Below are positions 9,479 through 17,073 of a DNA stretch of 32,000 nucleotides, in pieces; position 1 is the first letter of the stretch, and every line of letters begins with the position of its first letter. The stretch spans positions 30,001 through 62,000 of the forward strand of contig NZ_CP089977.1 of NCBI RefSeq assembly GCF_025643275.1. Direction: 5' to 3'. Below the pieces are notes generated by a model. The model had not been told where the DNA came from. It saw only the letters and a program-made list of their open reading frames with translations, and did no database searches. The translations under genes were made by a program, and so were the position numbers. This DNA comes from Moraxella nasicaprae. Lineage in GTDB: Bacteria > Pseudomonadota > Gammaproteobacteria > Pseudomonadales > Moraxellaceae.

Positions 9479-9488
9479 AAAGATAAAC

Positions 9489-9525
9489 AAAAAGCCAAAA
9501 CAAAGATGAATCTGCTTGGCTTTTT
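9489..9525 (-). terminator. rho-independent terminator after the GST gene
   Basis: aaaaagccaa ... ttggcttttt hairpin 7 nt downstream of the stop at 9532. Confidence 0.7.
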
Positions 9526-9531
9526 AGTGAT

Positions 9532-10338
9532 TTATTCAATCGCTTGTAGTGCCAACTGCTCGGCTGACTGCACCGCAGGACGCTTGGCAATGGTTTTTGC
9601 CCAGCGAATCAGGTGTGTGTATTCATGAGCGGATAAAAATTCATAGGCATTATAATGCTCGCTCACATATAATTGACCCAAACACAGTCTGCCATACCAA
9701 GGATAAATCGCCATATCTGCCACAGTATAATCATCGCCAACCATATATTGATGGGTTGCCAAATGTTGATTAAGTACATCAAGTTGGCGTTTGGCTTCCA
9801 TGGCATAGCGGTTGATTGGGTATTCTTGGGCAAAAGGAGCATAGGCATAAAAATGCCCAAAGCCACCACCTAAAAATGGTGCAGACCCCATTTGCCACAT
9901 CAACCAAGATAAAGTCTGAGCATTTTTTATGGTGTCTGTTGGTAAAAATTCGCCATATTTTTGGGCAAGATACAACAAAATCGCCCCGCTTTCAAATAAT
10001 TTAACGGGGGTGTCGCCAGAATAATCCACCAAAGCAGGGATTTTTGAGTTTGGGTTAATATCCACAAAATCCGAGCCAAATTGCTGACCTGACATGATGT
10101 CAATCTTATAAGCATCGTAGCCAGAGATTTTGCCTAATTTTTTAATTTCTTCTAAAATAATATTAACTTTAATGCCGTTGGGAGTGTTGAGGCTGTACAA
10201 TTGATAATCAAATTCGCCTTTGGGTAAGGATTGTATGTGCGTTGCTCCTGAGGTTGGGCGATTTGTACCGCCAAATTTACCACCATTTTGGTTTTTGACG
10301 GTCTCATAATCCCAGATTTTAGGTACTGTATAGCTCAT
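9532..10338 (-). CDS. yghU: glutathione S-transferase, YghU (Nu-class) family
   Basis: YTVPKIWDYETVKNQNGGKFGGTNRPTSGATH...LYSLNTPNGIKV...PNSKIPAL matches YghU-type GSTs. ATG at 10338 with GGAG 7 nt upstream. The track start at 10350 is TTG. Confidence 0.8.
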   Translation of the reverse strand: MSYTVPKIWDYETVKNQNGGKFGGTNRPTSGATHIQSLPKGEFDYQLYSLNTPNGIKVNIILEEIKKLGKISGYDAYKIDIMSGQQFGSDFVDINPNSKIPALVDYSGDTPVKLFESGAILLYLAQKYGEFLPTDTIKNAQTLSWLMWQMGSAPFLGGGFGHFYAYAPFAQEYPINRYAMEAKRQLDVLNQHLATHQYMVGDDYTVADMAIYPWYGRLCLGQLYVSEHYNAYEFLSAHEYTHLIRWAKTIAKRPAVQSAEQLALQAIE

Positions 10339-10405
10339 TGATTGCTCCAAAAAATATTTTGGTTAAAGTAGCACATCATCATTTAAGTTACAAGTCTTGA
10401 CATAC

Positions 10406-10438
10406 AAAAAAATCCTGCTTTATTTGACAGGATTTTTT
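10406..10438 (-). terminator. rho-independent terminator after exbD
   Basis: aaaaaatcctg ... caggatttttt hairpin with a T-run on the minus strand, 10 nt after the exbD stop. Confidence 0.8.
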
Positions 10439-10447
10439 TGTATTGCA

Positions 10448-10849
10448 TCATTCGCTAACAAAGGCGATTTTATTTAGACCTACGCCACTGGCTGTGGCAA
10501 GCACTTGGGCAACCATGTCATATTTGCCCTCTTTGTCTGCTCGTAGATTGATTTGTGGATTTTTGCCAGCCAATACCTGATCGCCAAATCGTTTATTTAA
10601 TTCATCTAAACTGATGGCCTCTTTGTCCCAATAAATTTGACTTTGGGCATCGATGCTGATTTGTACCACTTCTGGCGGTGTATCATTGATGCTGGCAGAA
10701 GTTTTTGGCAAATCCAGTGGCACGCTTGGATTAAGCACCGTCGCTGTTACCAAAAAGATAATCATCAATACCAGCATAATATCAATCAATGGAATAAGAT
10801 TCATCTCATTCATGCCTTGATTGTCGCCATCACCTAATTCAAATGCCAT
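10448..10849 (-). CDS. exbD: biopolymer transport protein ExbD/TolR
   Basis: MAFELGDGDNQGMNEMNLIPLIDIMLVLMIIFLV is the ExbD/TolR TM signature. The internal ATG at 10849 is preferred, because the longer track ORF overlaps exbB. Confidence 0.85.
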   Translation of the reverse strand: MAFELGDGDNQGMNEMNLIPLIDIMLVLMIIFLVTATVLNPSVPLDLPKTSASINDTPPEVVQISIDAQSQIYWDKEAISLDELNKRFGDQVLAGKNPQINLRADKEGKYDMVAQVLATASGVGLNKIAFVSE

Positions 10850-10871
10850 AATCTTCTCTCTTATCCTGTGC

Positions 10872-11426
10872 TTATAGTGCTGTACGAGCCAAAATTTGAT
10901 GGGCGGTATCAGTCGCAATATGCAAGGCACGCTTATTGATGCGAGTGGAAATATTATAAAAAATGACCGCAGGAATTGCCACTGCCAGACCAAGACCTGT
11001 CATAATCAAGGCTTCACCCACAGGACCTGCAACCTGAGCCAAACCTGCCTGACCTGTTGCACCAATGCTATGCAAAGCATGAAAGATACCCCAAACCGTA
11101 CCAAATAGTCCAATAAATGGGGCAATGGACGCTGTTGTACCAAGGATTGGCAATCCTTTTTCAAGCTCAAAACGATGGCGGGCAATTTGTTGCAATAGTC
11201 GTTGCTCGGTTGCCATCTTTTTTTGATTAAATTCAAGCCCAGCCAGTTCAGGCTCAATGCTTTTCATCGCTTGATTTAGCTGCTCATCAATCGTGCCAGC
11301 CATTTGCTTGGATTGCACCAAACGCACAATACCAACCACCCATGACACCAATGACAATGCCAATAAGATAAAAAATAAGGTCTTACTCACCGCATCAGTA
11401 TGCGACCAATAAAATGCAAAATCCAT
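10872..11426 (-). CDS. exbB: MotA/TolQ/ExbB proton channel protein
   Basis: GTTASIAPFIGLFGTVWGIFHA...GPVGEALIMTGLGLAVAIPAVIFYN is the ExbB/TolQ signature. ATG at 11426 with GAGG 6 nt upstream. Confidence 0.85.
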   Translation of the reverse strand: MDFAFYWSHTDAVSKTLFFILLALSLVSWVVGIVRLVQSKQMAGTIDEQLNQAMKSIEPELAGLEFNQKKMATEQRLLQQIARHRFELEKGLPILGTTASIAPFIGLFGTVWGIFHALHSIGATGQAGLAQVAGPVGEALIMTGLGLAVAIPAVIFYNISTRINKRALHIATDTAHQILARTAL

Positions 11427-11450
11427 AATAACCTCTAATTTAATCAAATA

Positions 11451-12671
11451 CTATCTTAACTGAATATCAATAATATATGCACCCCTACCCCCTTTACTAT
11501 TGCCATTTAGGACATTTGGGTGTAGTTGTGCTTGTCGAATTCGTCTGCGAATCTCTCTTTCTAGGTCTTTATCCGAACGAATATGAACGCCTTTGATATC
11601 GGTGATTTTACCCTGTGCATCAAAGGTCAAATGAACATTTAGCTTAATGGCTTCTACGCTATCGGAGGTTAGCCCTGAGAAGTTTGGTGCTCGTTTCCAG
11701 CTGGCTGCTGATAATGTACCCAAATCAACAGATTTGCCTGATGATGAGCCATTTTCACTGCCATTATCCTTGCCCTTATCGCCAGCATCACCTTTGCCTT
11801 TACCGCCATCGCCCTTGCCACGACCTTGTGCTTGCTGTTGAGCGGCAGCTTCGGCAGCTTTACGAGCAGCTTCGGCTTTTTGGGCTTCGGCAGCTTTGCG
11901 GGCATTTTCGGCATCAAGACGCTCTTTTTCTTTACGAGCATTTTCCGCCTGTTCTCTTGCCAGACGCTCTTTTTCCTCTTGTTCTTGGCGAGCCTTTTCT
12001 TTGGCAAGGCGTTCTTGCTCTTGACGCTCTTTTTCAAGCTGTTCTTGCTGTTGGCGAGCCAGAGTTTCTTGTTGCAAACGCTCAGCATTCTCTCGGGCAA
12101 TACGCTCCTGTTCTTTGCGTTCTTGCTCTTCTCTTTCTTTAAGGATTTTTTGTTGATGCTCCCACAAAGCCTGCTGTCTTTGCTGTTCTAAAATCTCTTC
12201 ATGATTAATGATTGGCTCTGGATCTTGTGCTGGCGGCTCTTCAACAGGTTTTGCCTCTTCTGGCTCATTGATGGGCGTCGGTTCGGCAATGGGCGGTGGT
12301 TCGGCAACAGGCTCATTGACAGTTGTGGGTGTAGGCTCAGGCTCAGCCGTCTGCTCAATCACTTCTGGTTTAGCCTCTTGTTCTGATGCTTTCGCCCCCT
12401 CGCTTGGTGCAGGCATGACTGCCTTGGTTGGCTCAATATGGGGCTTGGGTGGCTCAGGAGATTCTAGATTATTTAAAATAACCTTTTCAGGCTTGGGTGG
12501 TTCAGGCTTAATGAACTCAATTTCCAAAGGTGGTATAAACTTGGTCGGTGTGATTGGCTTCATGCTCATATGAACCAAACCCACACCTGCCAATCCATGC
12601 AAAACCATCGCAATGGCAACCGCCAACCCTTTGACTTTCTTAGAAGAATCCAGCACGAAATTACCTACCAA
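11451..12671 (-). CDS. tonB: TonB-family energy transducer with an extended charged coiled-coil insert
   Basis: N-terminal TM segment with His (AVAIAMVLHGLAGVGLV), a Pro-rich EP/KP spacer, an E/K/R/Q/A-rich helical region of about 130 aa, a G/K-rich linker and a C-terminal beta-alpha-beta-like domain. It is the first gene of a tonB-exbB-exbD arrangement. The start is TTG. Confidence 0.7.
   Translation of the reverse strand: MVGNFVLDSSKKVKGLAVAIAMVLHGLAGVGLVHMSMKPITPTKFIPPLEIEFIKPEPPKPEKVILNNLESPEPPKPHIEPTKAVMPAPSEGAKASEQEAKPEVIEQTAEPEPTPTTVNEPVAEPPPIAEPTPINEPEEAKPVEEPPAQDPEPIINHEEILEQQRQQALWEHQQKILKEREEQERKEQERIARENAERLQQETLARQQQEQLEKERQEQERLAKEKARQEQEEKERLAREQAENARKEKERLDAENARKAAEAQKAEAARKAAEAAAQQQAQGRGKGDGGKGKGDAGDKGKDNGSENGSSSGKSVDLGTLSAASWKRAPNFSGLTSDSVEAIKLNVHLTFDAQGKITDIKGVHIRSDKDLEREIRRRIRQAQLHPNVLNGNSKGGRGAYIIDIQLR
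11918..12034 (-). repeat. imperfect in-frame internal repeats in tonB (gacgctcttttt x3)
   Basis: The 12-mer gacgctcttttt occurs at 11918, 11963 and 12023 (spacings 45 and 60 nt). It encodes reiterated (K)EKER(L/Q) units. Neighbouring cttcggcagctt repeats encode AAEA units. Confidence 0.7.
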
Positions 12672-12692
12672 TGACTGTCTGTCAAACCAAAC

Positions 12693-12732
12693 AATAATTT
12701 ATCAAATAAAAACGATAATAATTATCAATGGC
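12693..12732 (-). promoter_or_regulatory. tandem Fur-box-like operators upstream of tonB
   Basis: gataataattatcaatggc (12714-12732) matches 14 of 19 positions of the classical Fur box GATAATGATAATCATTATC. A second aataatttatcaa lies at 12693-12705. Both are 20-60 nt upstream of the tonB start. Confidence 0.55.
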
Positions 12733-12800
12733 ATATTATGCTGTATTTTTTACAAAATTACAATAGTATTACAATAAATTTTCGTTATTTTTAGCTAATG

Positions 12801-12833
12801 ACAAAAAATAAACCGCCATCGTACTGGCGGTTT
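12801..12833 (-). terminator. rho-independent terminator after leuB
   Basis: aaaccgcca ... tggcggttt hairpin followed on the minus strand by tattttttgt. Confidence 0.8.
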
Positions 12834-12849
12834 ACGGTAGATAAATCGA

Positions 12850-13917
12850 TTACAGTTTGGCGATGACCGCATCGCCCATCTGACTACAACTCACAAGCGT
12901 TGTGCCATCTTCATAAATGTCCGCTGTACGCAGTCCATCTGCCAGCACCTTTTGTACCGCCTGCTCCACCTGCACCGCACGGGTTTCGTCATTTAAGCTA
13001 TAACGAAGTAACATTGCCAAAGACAAAATGGTCGCCAAAGGATTTGCCTTGTCCTGCCCTGCAATGTCAGGAGCTGAGCCGTGCGAAGGTTCGTACAAGC
13101 CCTTGCCATTCTCATCTAGGCTTGCCGATGGGAGCATTCCGATAGAGCCTGTCAGCATTGAGGCTTGGTCGGAGAGAATATCGCCAAAGATATTGCCCGT
13201 TGCCACCACATCAAATTGCTTGGGGTTTTTAACCAGTTGCATTGCCGCATTATCCACATACATATGGGAGAGCTCAACCTCAGGATAGTCTTTACCCACT
13301 TCTGTAAAAATCTCTTTCCAAAGTTCGGTCGTTTCTAACACATTGGCTTTATCCACACTGCACAATTTTTTATTTCGTTTTTGTGCCGACTCAAAGGACA
13401 CTTTGGCAATACGGCGAATCTCACTCTCGCTATATCGCATTGTATTAAAGCCCTCACGCTCGCCTTTATCGTTGGTAATAATCCCACGAGGCTCGCCAAA
13501 ATAAATATCGCCTGTCAACTCTCGCACAATCAAAATATCAAGCCCTGATACCACTTCTGGTTTTAAAGTGGACGCATTGGCAAGTTCTTTATACAAAATC
13601 GCAGGGCGTAAATTAGCAAATAAATTTAAATCTTTACGAATTGCCAACAGTCCCCGTTCTGGGCGTAAGGGGCGGTCTAAATTGTCATATTGTGGCGAAC
13701 CCACCGCCCCAAGTAGCACCGCATCGGCTTTTCGTACAATCTCTTGGGTTTGGGCTGGATATGGCACGCCATAAGCGTCATAGGCTTCTCCGCCTAATTT
13801 GGCGTATTCATAAGAGACCTCTAAGCCTTGTTCAATGAGTTTATCCAAAACCTTAACTGCTTGGGCGACAATTTCAGGTCCGATACCATCGCCATTTAGA
13901 ATTGCAATGTGTTTCAT
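12850..13917 (-). CDS. leuB: 3-isopropylmalate dehydrogenase
   Basis: [16 protein letters not shown]...[18 protein letters not shown]...[10 protein letters not shown]...[12 protein letters not shown] are canonical LeuB motifs. Confidence 0.95.
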   Translation of the reverse strand: MKHIAILNGDGIGPEIVAQAVKVLDKLIEQGLEVSYEYAKLGGEAYDAYGVPYPAQTQEIVRKADAVLLGAVGSPQYDNLDRPLRPERGLLAIRKDLNLFANLRPAILYKELANASTLKPEVVSGLDILIVRELTGDIYFGEPRGIITNDKGEREGFNTMRYSESEIRRIAKVSFESAQKRNKKLCSVDKANVLETTELWKEIFTEVGKDYPEVELSHMYVDNAAMQLVKNPKQFDVVATGNIFGDILSDQASMLTGSIGMLPSASLDENGKGLYEPSHGSAPDIAGQDKANPLATILSLAMLLRYSLNDETRAVQVEQAVQKVLADGLRTADIYEDGTTLVSCSQMGDAVIAKL

Positions 13918-13941
13918 AAAGATTTCCTTTTTAAAATACCA

Positions 13942-14445
13942 TCAATAAACTGAATTTGGATTGTGTGATTTTTCCCATTTTATCATTTCTTGAATGAGTT
14001 GCATTGACTGTGTGTCATCGCTTTTTAATGGCGAAATTGTATTTGTCATCGTAATGGATTGATAATTCTTTTTATTTGTTTCAAAGTCAGAATAATAAAT
14101 AATATTATCCTTATCAATTTGTCTAAAATGACGAAACCAAATTCCTAATTCAGGAACAACTTGGCGAATATAATTATAATCGCTCGTTACCTTCACAACC
14201 GCAATTGGATTATGATGAGAAACAATTAAAACAATATCGCCAATTTTCATATCCCTTGCAAAAGGCAAATAGCTTTTTTGATAACCTAATTTATCATCAT
14301 CTTGCAATATTAACAAATCACCAGCATTACTCTCTTTTTTAAAATCCAAACCAATAAAACCTTTGGCAATACTAGTGTTGGCATAGAAACTTGAAAATGT
14401 ACTATCGTCTGGGTGTAATTGCATACGCCAATATTGAATACTCAT
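13942..14445 (-). CDS. hypothetical protein with PUA/EVE-like signature, inserted between leuD and leuB
   Basis: 167-aa ORF with an ATG start. The pattern YWRMQLHP...AKGFIGLDF...MKIGDIVLIVSHHNPIAVVKVTSDYNY resembles small beta-barrel reader domains found at the N-termini of McrB/Mrr-like proteins (W.i..G...G.iaiGw...GD.V......i.aiG.V...Y). K/N/I/Y-rich, AT-rich codons. Confidence 0.6.
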   Translation of the reverse strand: MSIQYWRMQLHPDDSTFSSFYANTSIAKGFIGLDFKKESNAGDLLILQDDDKLGYQKSYLPFARDMKIGDIVLIVSHHNPIAVVKVTSDYNYIRQVVPELGIWFRHFRQIDKDNIIYYSDFETNKKNYQSITMTNTISPLKSDDTQSMQLIQEMIKWEKSHNPNSVY

Positions 14446-14478
14446 AAAAAAATCCTTATAAAAAAACCAATTAAAAAA

Positions 14479-15129
14479 TTAAGCCGTTAATTCCTTAAAC
14501 ACCCACGGTCTCTCCGCACGGGCTTTTTCTTCAAAGGCTTTAATATCATCACTATTTTGTAAAGTCAAACCAATATCATCTAAACCATTTAATAGGCAAT
14601 GCTTACGAAATGCGTCCACTTCAAAATGATATTCTTTGCCAGATGGCGAAATCACTTTTTGATTTTGTAAATCAACGGTTAATTGATAGCCGACATTGTC
14701 AAAACATTCTTTAAAAAGCTCATCAACTTCACTCTCTGAAAGAATAACAGGGAGCATTCCGTTTTTAAAACAGTTATTATAAAAAATATCGGCAAAACTT
14801 GGGGCAATCACAGTGCGAAAGCCATATTCATTTAATGCCCAAGGAGCGTGTTCACGGCTAGAACCACAGCCAAAATTAGTACGAGCAAGGAGAATCGTTG
14901 CCCCTTGATAGCGGTCTTGATTTAACACAAAATCAGGGTTTTTTGGGCGTTTTGAAATGTCTTGCCCCAAATAGCCTTCGTCCAAATAACGCAGTTCATC
15001 AAACAAATTATCGCCAAAGCCTGTGCGTTTAATAGATTTTAAAAACTGCTTAGGGATAATCAAATCGGTATCCACATTGGCACGGTCTAGGGGGGCAACA
15101 ATGCCGATTTCGGTGGTGTATTGTTTCAT
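14479..15129 (-). CDS. leuD: 3-isopropylmalate dehydratase small subunit
   Basis: [31 protein letters not shown]...[15 protein letters not shown] is canonical LeuD. ATG at 15129. The track start at 15168 is an upstream extension overlapping the PIN gene. Confidence 0.95.
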   Translation of the reverse strand: MKQYTTEIGIVAPLDRANVDTDLIIPKQFLKSIKRTGFGDNLFDELRYLDEGYLGQDISKRPKNPDFVLNQDRYQGATILLARTNFGCGSSREHAPWALNEYGFRTVIAPSFADIFYNNCFKNGMLPVILSESEVDELFKECFDNVGYQLTVDLQNQKVISPSGKEYHFEVDAFRKHCLLNGLDDIGLTLQNSDDIKAFEEKARAERPWVFKELTA

Positions 15130-15155
15130 AAAAGTACCTTTTAAGTTTAAATCAC

Positions 15156-15545
15156 TTACCAAACACAATTTTTATAATGCTCGGTTAATTTTTCATCTTT
15201 GCTAATTAAAACGCCATTATCTAGCATTGCGTGAGCAATAATCAAACGGTCAAATGCATCACGAGTAAAATCACAAGTTAATGCCATATTAACAACATCA
15301 AGCCAGTTCTTATGGCAAATCTTTAAATCAATTTCTTCTTGCAAAGCATTGATAATTTGTTCTGCTGTATCAGTTATCCTTTTCTTTTCATATAGATATT
15401 GTAATTCGAGCTTGACCATAGGAGAAATAAAAAGATTATTGTTTTCTAAAATATCTAAGGCATTTTTGGAAAACTTTTTTAATTGTCCTGTATATAGCCA
15501 AACGACCGTGTGAGTATCCAGATAAATATCAGCTTGAGAAATCAA
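15156..15545 (-). CDS. vapC: PIN-domain toxin (VapC family)
   Basis: [11 protein letters not shown] (first acidic residue), [12 protein letters not shown], and C-terminal [25 protein letters not shown], the DPFDR.iiAqA...T.D signature. Only a TTG start is available. It overlaps the upstream small ORF by 17 nt. Confidence 0.8.
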   Translation of the reverse strand: MISQADIYLDTHTVVWLYTGQLKKFSKNALDILENNNLFISPMVKLELQYLYEKKRITDTAEQIINALQEEIDLKICHKNWLDVVNMALTCDFTRDAFDRLIIAHAMLDNGVLISKDEKLTEHYKNCVW

Positions 15546-15753
15546 GATTTAACTCCTTTTCCCAGCTGATATTAACCAAGTCATCAGAATTGCCAATCAC
15601 CACATTTGGGCGAGATTTTAATCGTGATAACTTAGGGTATTTTGAATAGTCATCGGCAATTGATTGATTGATTTTTTCAACCAATGCCATTTTATCAGCA
15701 TTGTCCAAATGCTGTATCATTTGATAATATTGTTCCACCACTCCAATAGGCAT
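15529..15753 (-). CDS. putative antitoxin partner of the PIN toxin
   Basis: Small ORF immediately upstream of and overlapping the PIN gene. The ATG at 15753 is preceded by a perfect GGAGG 6 nt upstream (the track start at 15765 is less well placed). Family not recognised. Confidence 0.6.
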   Translation of the reverse strand: MPIGVVEQYYQMIQHLDNADKMALVEKINQSIADDYSKYPKLSRLKSRPNVVIGNSDDLVNISWEKELNLDFSS

Positions 15754-15766
15754 TATTACCTCCATT

Positions 15767-16300
15767 TTACCAGTTATAATAAGCCGTCAAACTTGCCGTT
15801 GCCAATACCTTACCATTTAAATTAAATCCCAAAACCGCAGGGCTAATGGTATTTGGTAAGTCCAGCATTTCATTTAGGGCGTATAGGGTAAAAATATAGC
15901 GGTGTGGTTTATCGCCTTTGGGCGGAAAGGCTCCAATAAAGCCGTCAAGGGAAGCGTCATTTTTTAATTCCAAAATGCCATTACCAAACTCATTAGATTT
16001 GCCCTTTGGCAAGCTTGTCCAATCTGCTGGAATATTAAAGACATTCCAATGCCAAAAGCCTGAGCCTGTTGGAGCGTCTGGGTCGTACATTGTCAGCACA
16101 AAACTTTTGGTGTCGCTTGGGGCGTTTTTCCATTGTAGCTCTGGACTGATATTATTGCCCGTATAGCCCCAAATATTGGCGACATAGTCATTGGATAGGG
16201 TGTCACCCTCGTGAATATCAGCACAAAACAATACCATATCGCCTTGGCTTTGAGCAGGGTTACGCACATCAAGATAAGTATTTAAAGATAAATCGTTCAT
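15767..16300 (-). CDS. YbhB/YbcL family Raf-kinase-inhibitor-like (PEBP) protein
   Basis: LTMYDPDAPTGSGFWHWNVFNIPA and GDKPHRYIFTLYAL are PEBP signatures. ATG at 16300 with RBS aagga. The track start at 16396 is TTG and extends into decayed sequence. Confidence 0.8.
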   Translation of the reverse strand: MNDLSLNTYLDVRNPAQSQGDMVLFCADIHEGDTLSNDYVANIWGYTGNNISPELQWKNAPSDTKSFVLTMYDPDAPTGSGFWHWNVFNIPADWTSLPKGKSNEFGNGILELKNDASLDGFIGAFPPKGDKPHRYIFTLYALNEMLDLPNTISPAVLGFNLNGKVLATASLTAYYNW

Positions 16301-16630
16301 ATCTATTTCCTTAATATTAAAAGTTTGATTTAAGCAGTTTAATACATAGGTTTGGCATTCATCAAGCGATTTAAAATAAATCCGCTCGCCAATCAATCCA
16401 AGCCCATCAAAGCGATAACTTTCATCAATAAAAAATGTTTCGCTGGCTATCCAATCTTTTTGACTGGCAAAAGTAGGATTGATATCACAAGTATCTAATC
16501 GCCAAACGCTTGCAAAATAGCCTTTTTATGAATGCTTAAAAATCTCAATTTTAAATAACCACATTTCGCCATTATCGGTTTCTATGGGGTCAGTAATCAA
16601 AGTTTTAATCAGCTCACAAAAGCCAATCAA
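16301..16630 (-). pseudogene. possible decayed ORF (no usable start, one in-frame stop)
   Basis: My hand translation of the minus strand gives LIGFCELIKTLITDPIETDNGEMWLFKIEIFKHS*KGYFASVWRLDTCDINPTFASQKDWIASETFFIDESYRFDGLGLIGERIYFKSLDECQTYVLNCLNQTF. It looks protein-like but is broken by TAA (rc of 16526-16528). It is in frame with the PEBP track ORF extension. Confidence 0.35.
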
Positions 16631-16945
16631 TTATTTGTACTCCGTACATTCAATGTCTTTTTCTTCACAAAACATTGCATTAAATTTACCCTGACATTGT
16701 TTTTGCACATCTAATTTGGCTTTACCACGGCTGACATTTTCACTGGTAAATGTTGTGGTAAAGGCTTTTAATTTGCATTGATGAATGGGAGCGGTTGGGT
16801 CAGCTTTATTCACTGTGCGATTATCAATAATGACCGCAGGGGCAGGATTGATGACCACAGGGACGGCTTTGCCAGTGCTGTCCACAGGGGCAACACAAGC
16901 ACTTAATAGAGCAAACATTGGTAAGGTTAAAAGTAGTCTTTGCAT
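16631..16945 (-). CDS. small Cys-rich lipoprotein, unknown function
   Basis: Signal peptide with lipobox (MQRLLLTLPMFALLSAC). The mature part has four further Cys (HQC, KQC, MFC, IEC). ATG start. Confidence 0.65.
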   Translation of the reverse strand: MQRLLLTLPMFALLSACVAPVDSTGKAVPVVINPAPAVIIDNRTVNKADPTAPIHQCKLKAFTTTFTSENVSRGKAKLDVQKQCQGKFNAMFCEEKDIECTEYK

Positions 16946-17073
16946 AAAAGCTCCACAATATCAAACAAAACCATATTATAACTATGGATTTCTACTTAAT
17001 TTTGGATAATACTTATTTTTTTGTAAAGTTATATTGCCTATCATTGAGCTAATTTCATAATCTATGCAAAATA

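Noticed and set aside
9441-9531. TPP riboswitch upstream of the ThiXYZ-like operon
   Set aside because: The interval holds a terminator hairpin and a promoter-like element. Only about 48 nt remain, and the conserved CTGAGA/ACCTGA-type riboswitch core is absent.
11647-12573. Six overlapping ORFs in other frames and strands within the tonB gene
   Set aside because: Their translations are low-complexity (L/F-rich, G/S-rich, K-rich). These are the expected by-products of the repetitive E/K/R/A/P-coding DNA of tonB, not independent genes.
11451-12671. Calling this gene tolA because of its KAAEA/EKER-rich helical domain
   Set aside because: It precedes the MotA-like and ExbD-like genes rather than following them, and no tolB/pal follows (a terminator and a GST gene do). 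The tonB-exbB-exbD order and the upstream Fur-box-like sites fit TonB better. This still needs an HMM check.
14479-15168. Long form of the leuD ORF starting at 15168 ([13 protein letters not shown]...)
   Set aside because: The extension overlaps the PIN gene's 3' end. The conserved LeuD sequence begins at the ATG at 15129, which has its own RBS.
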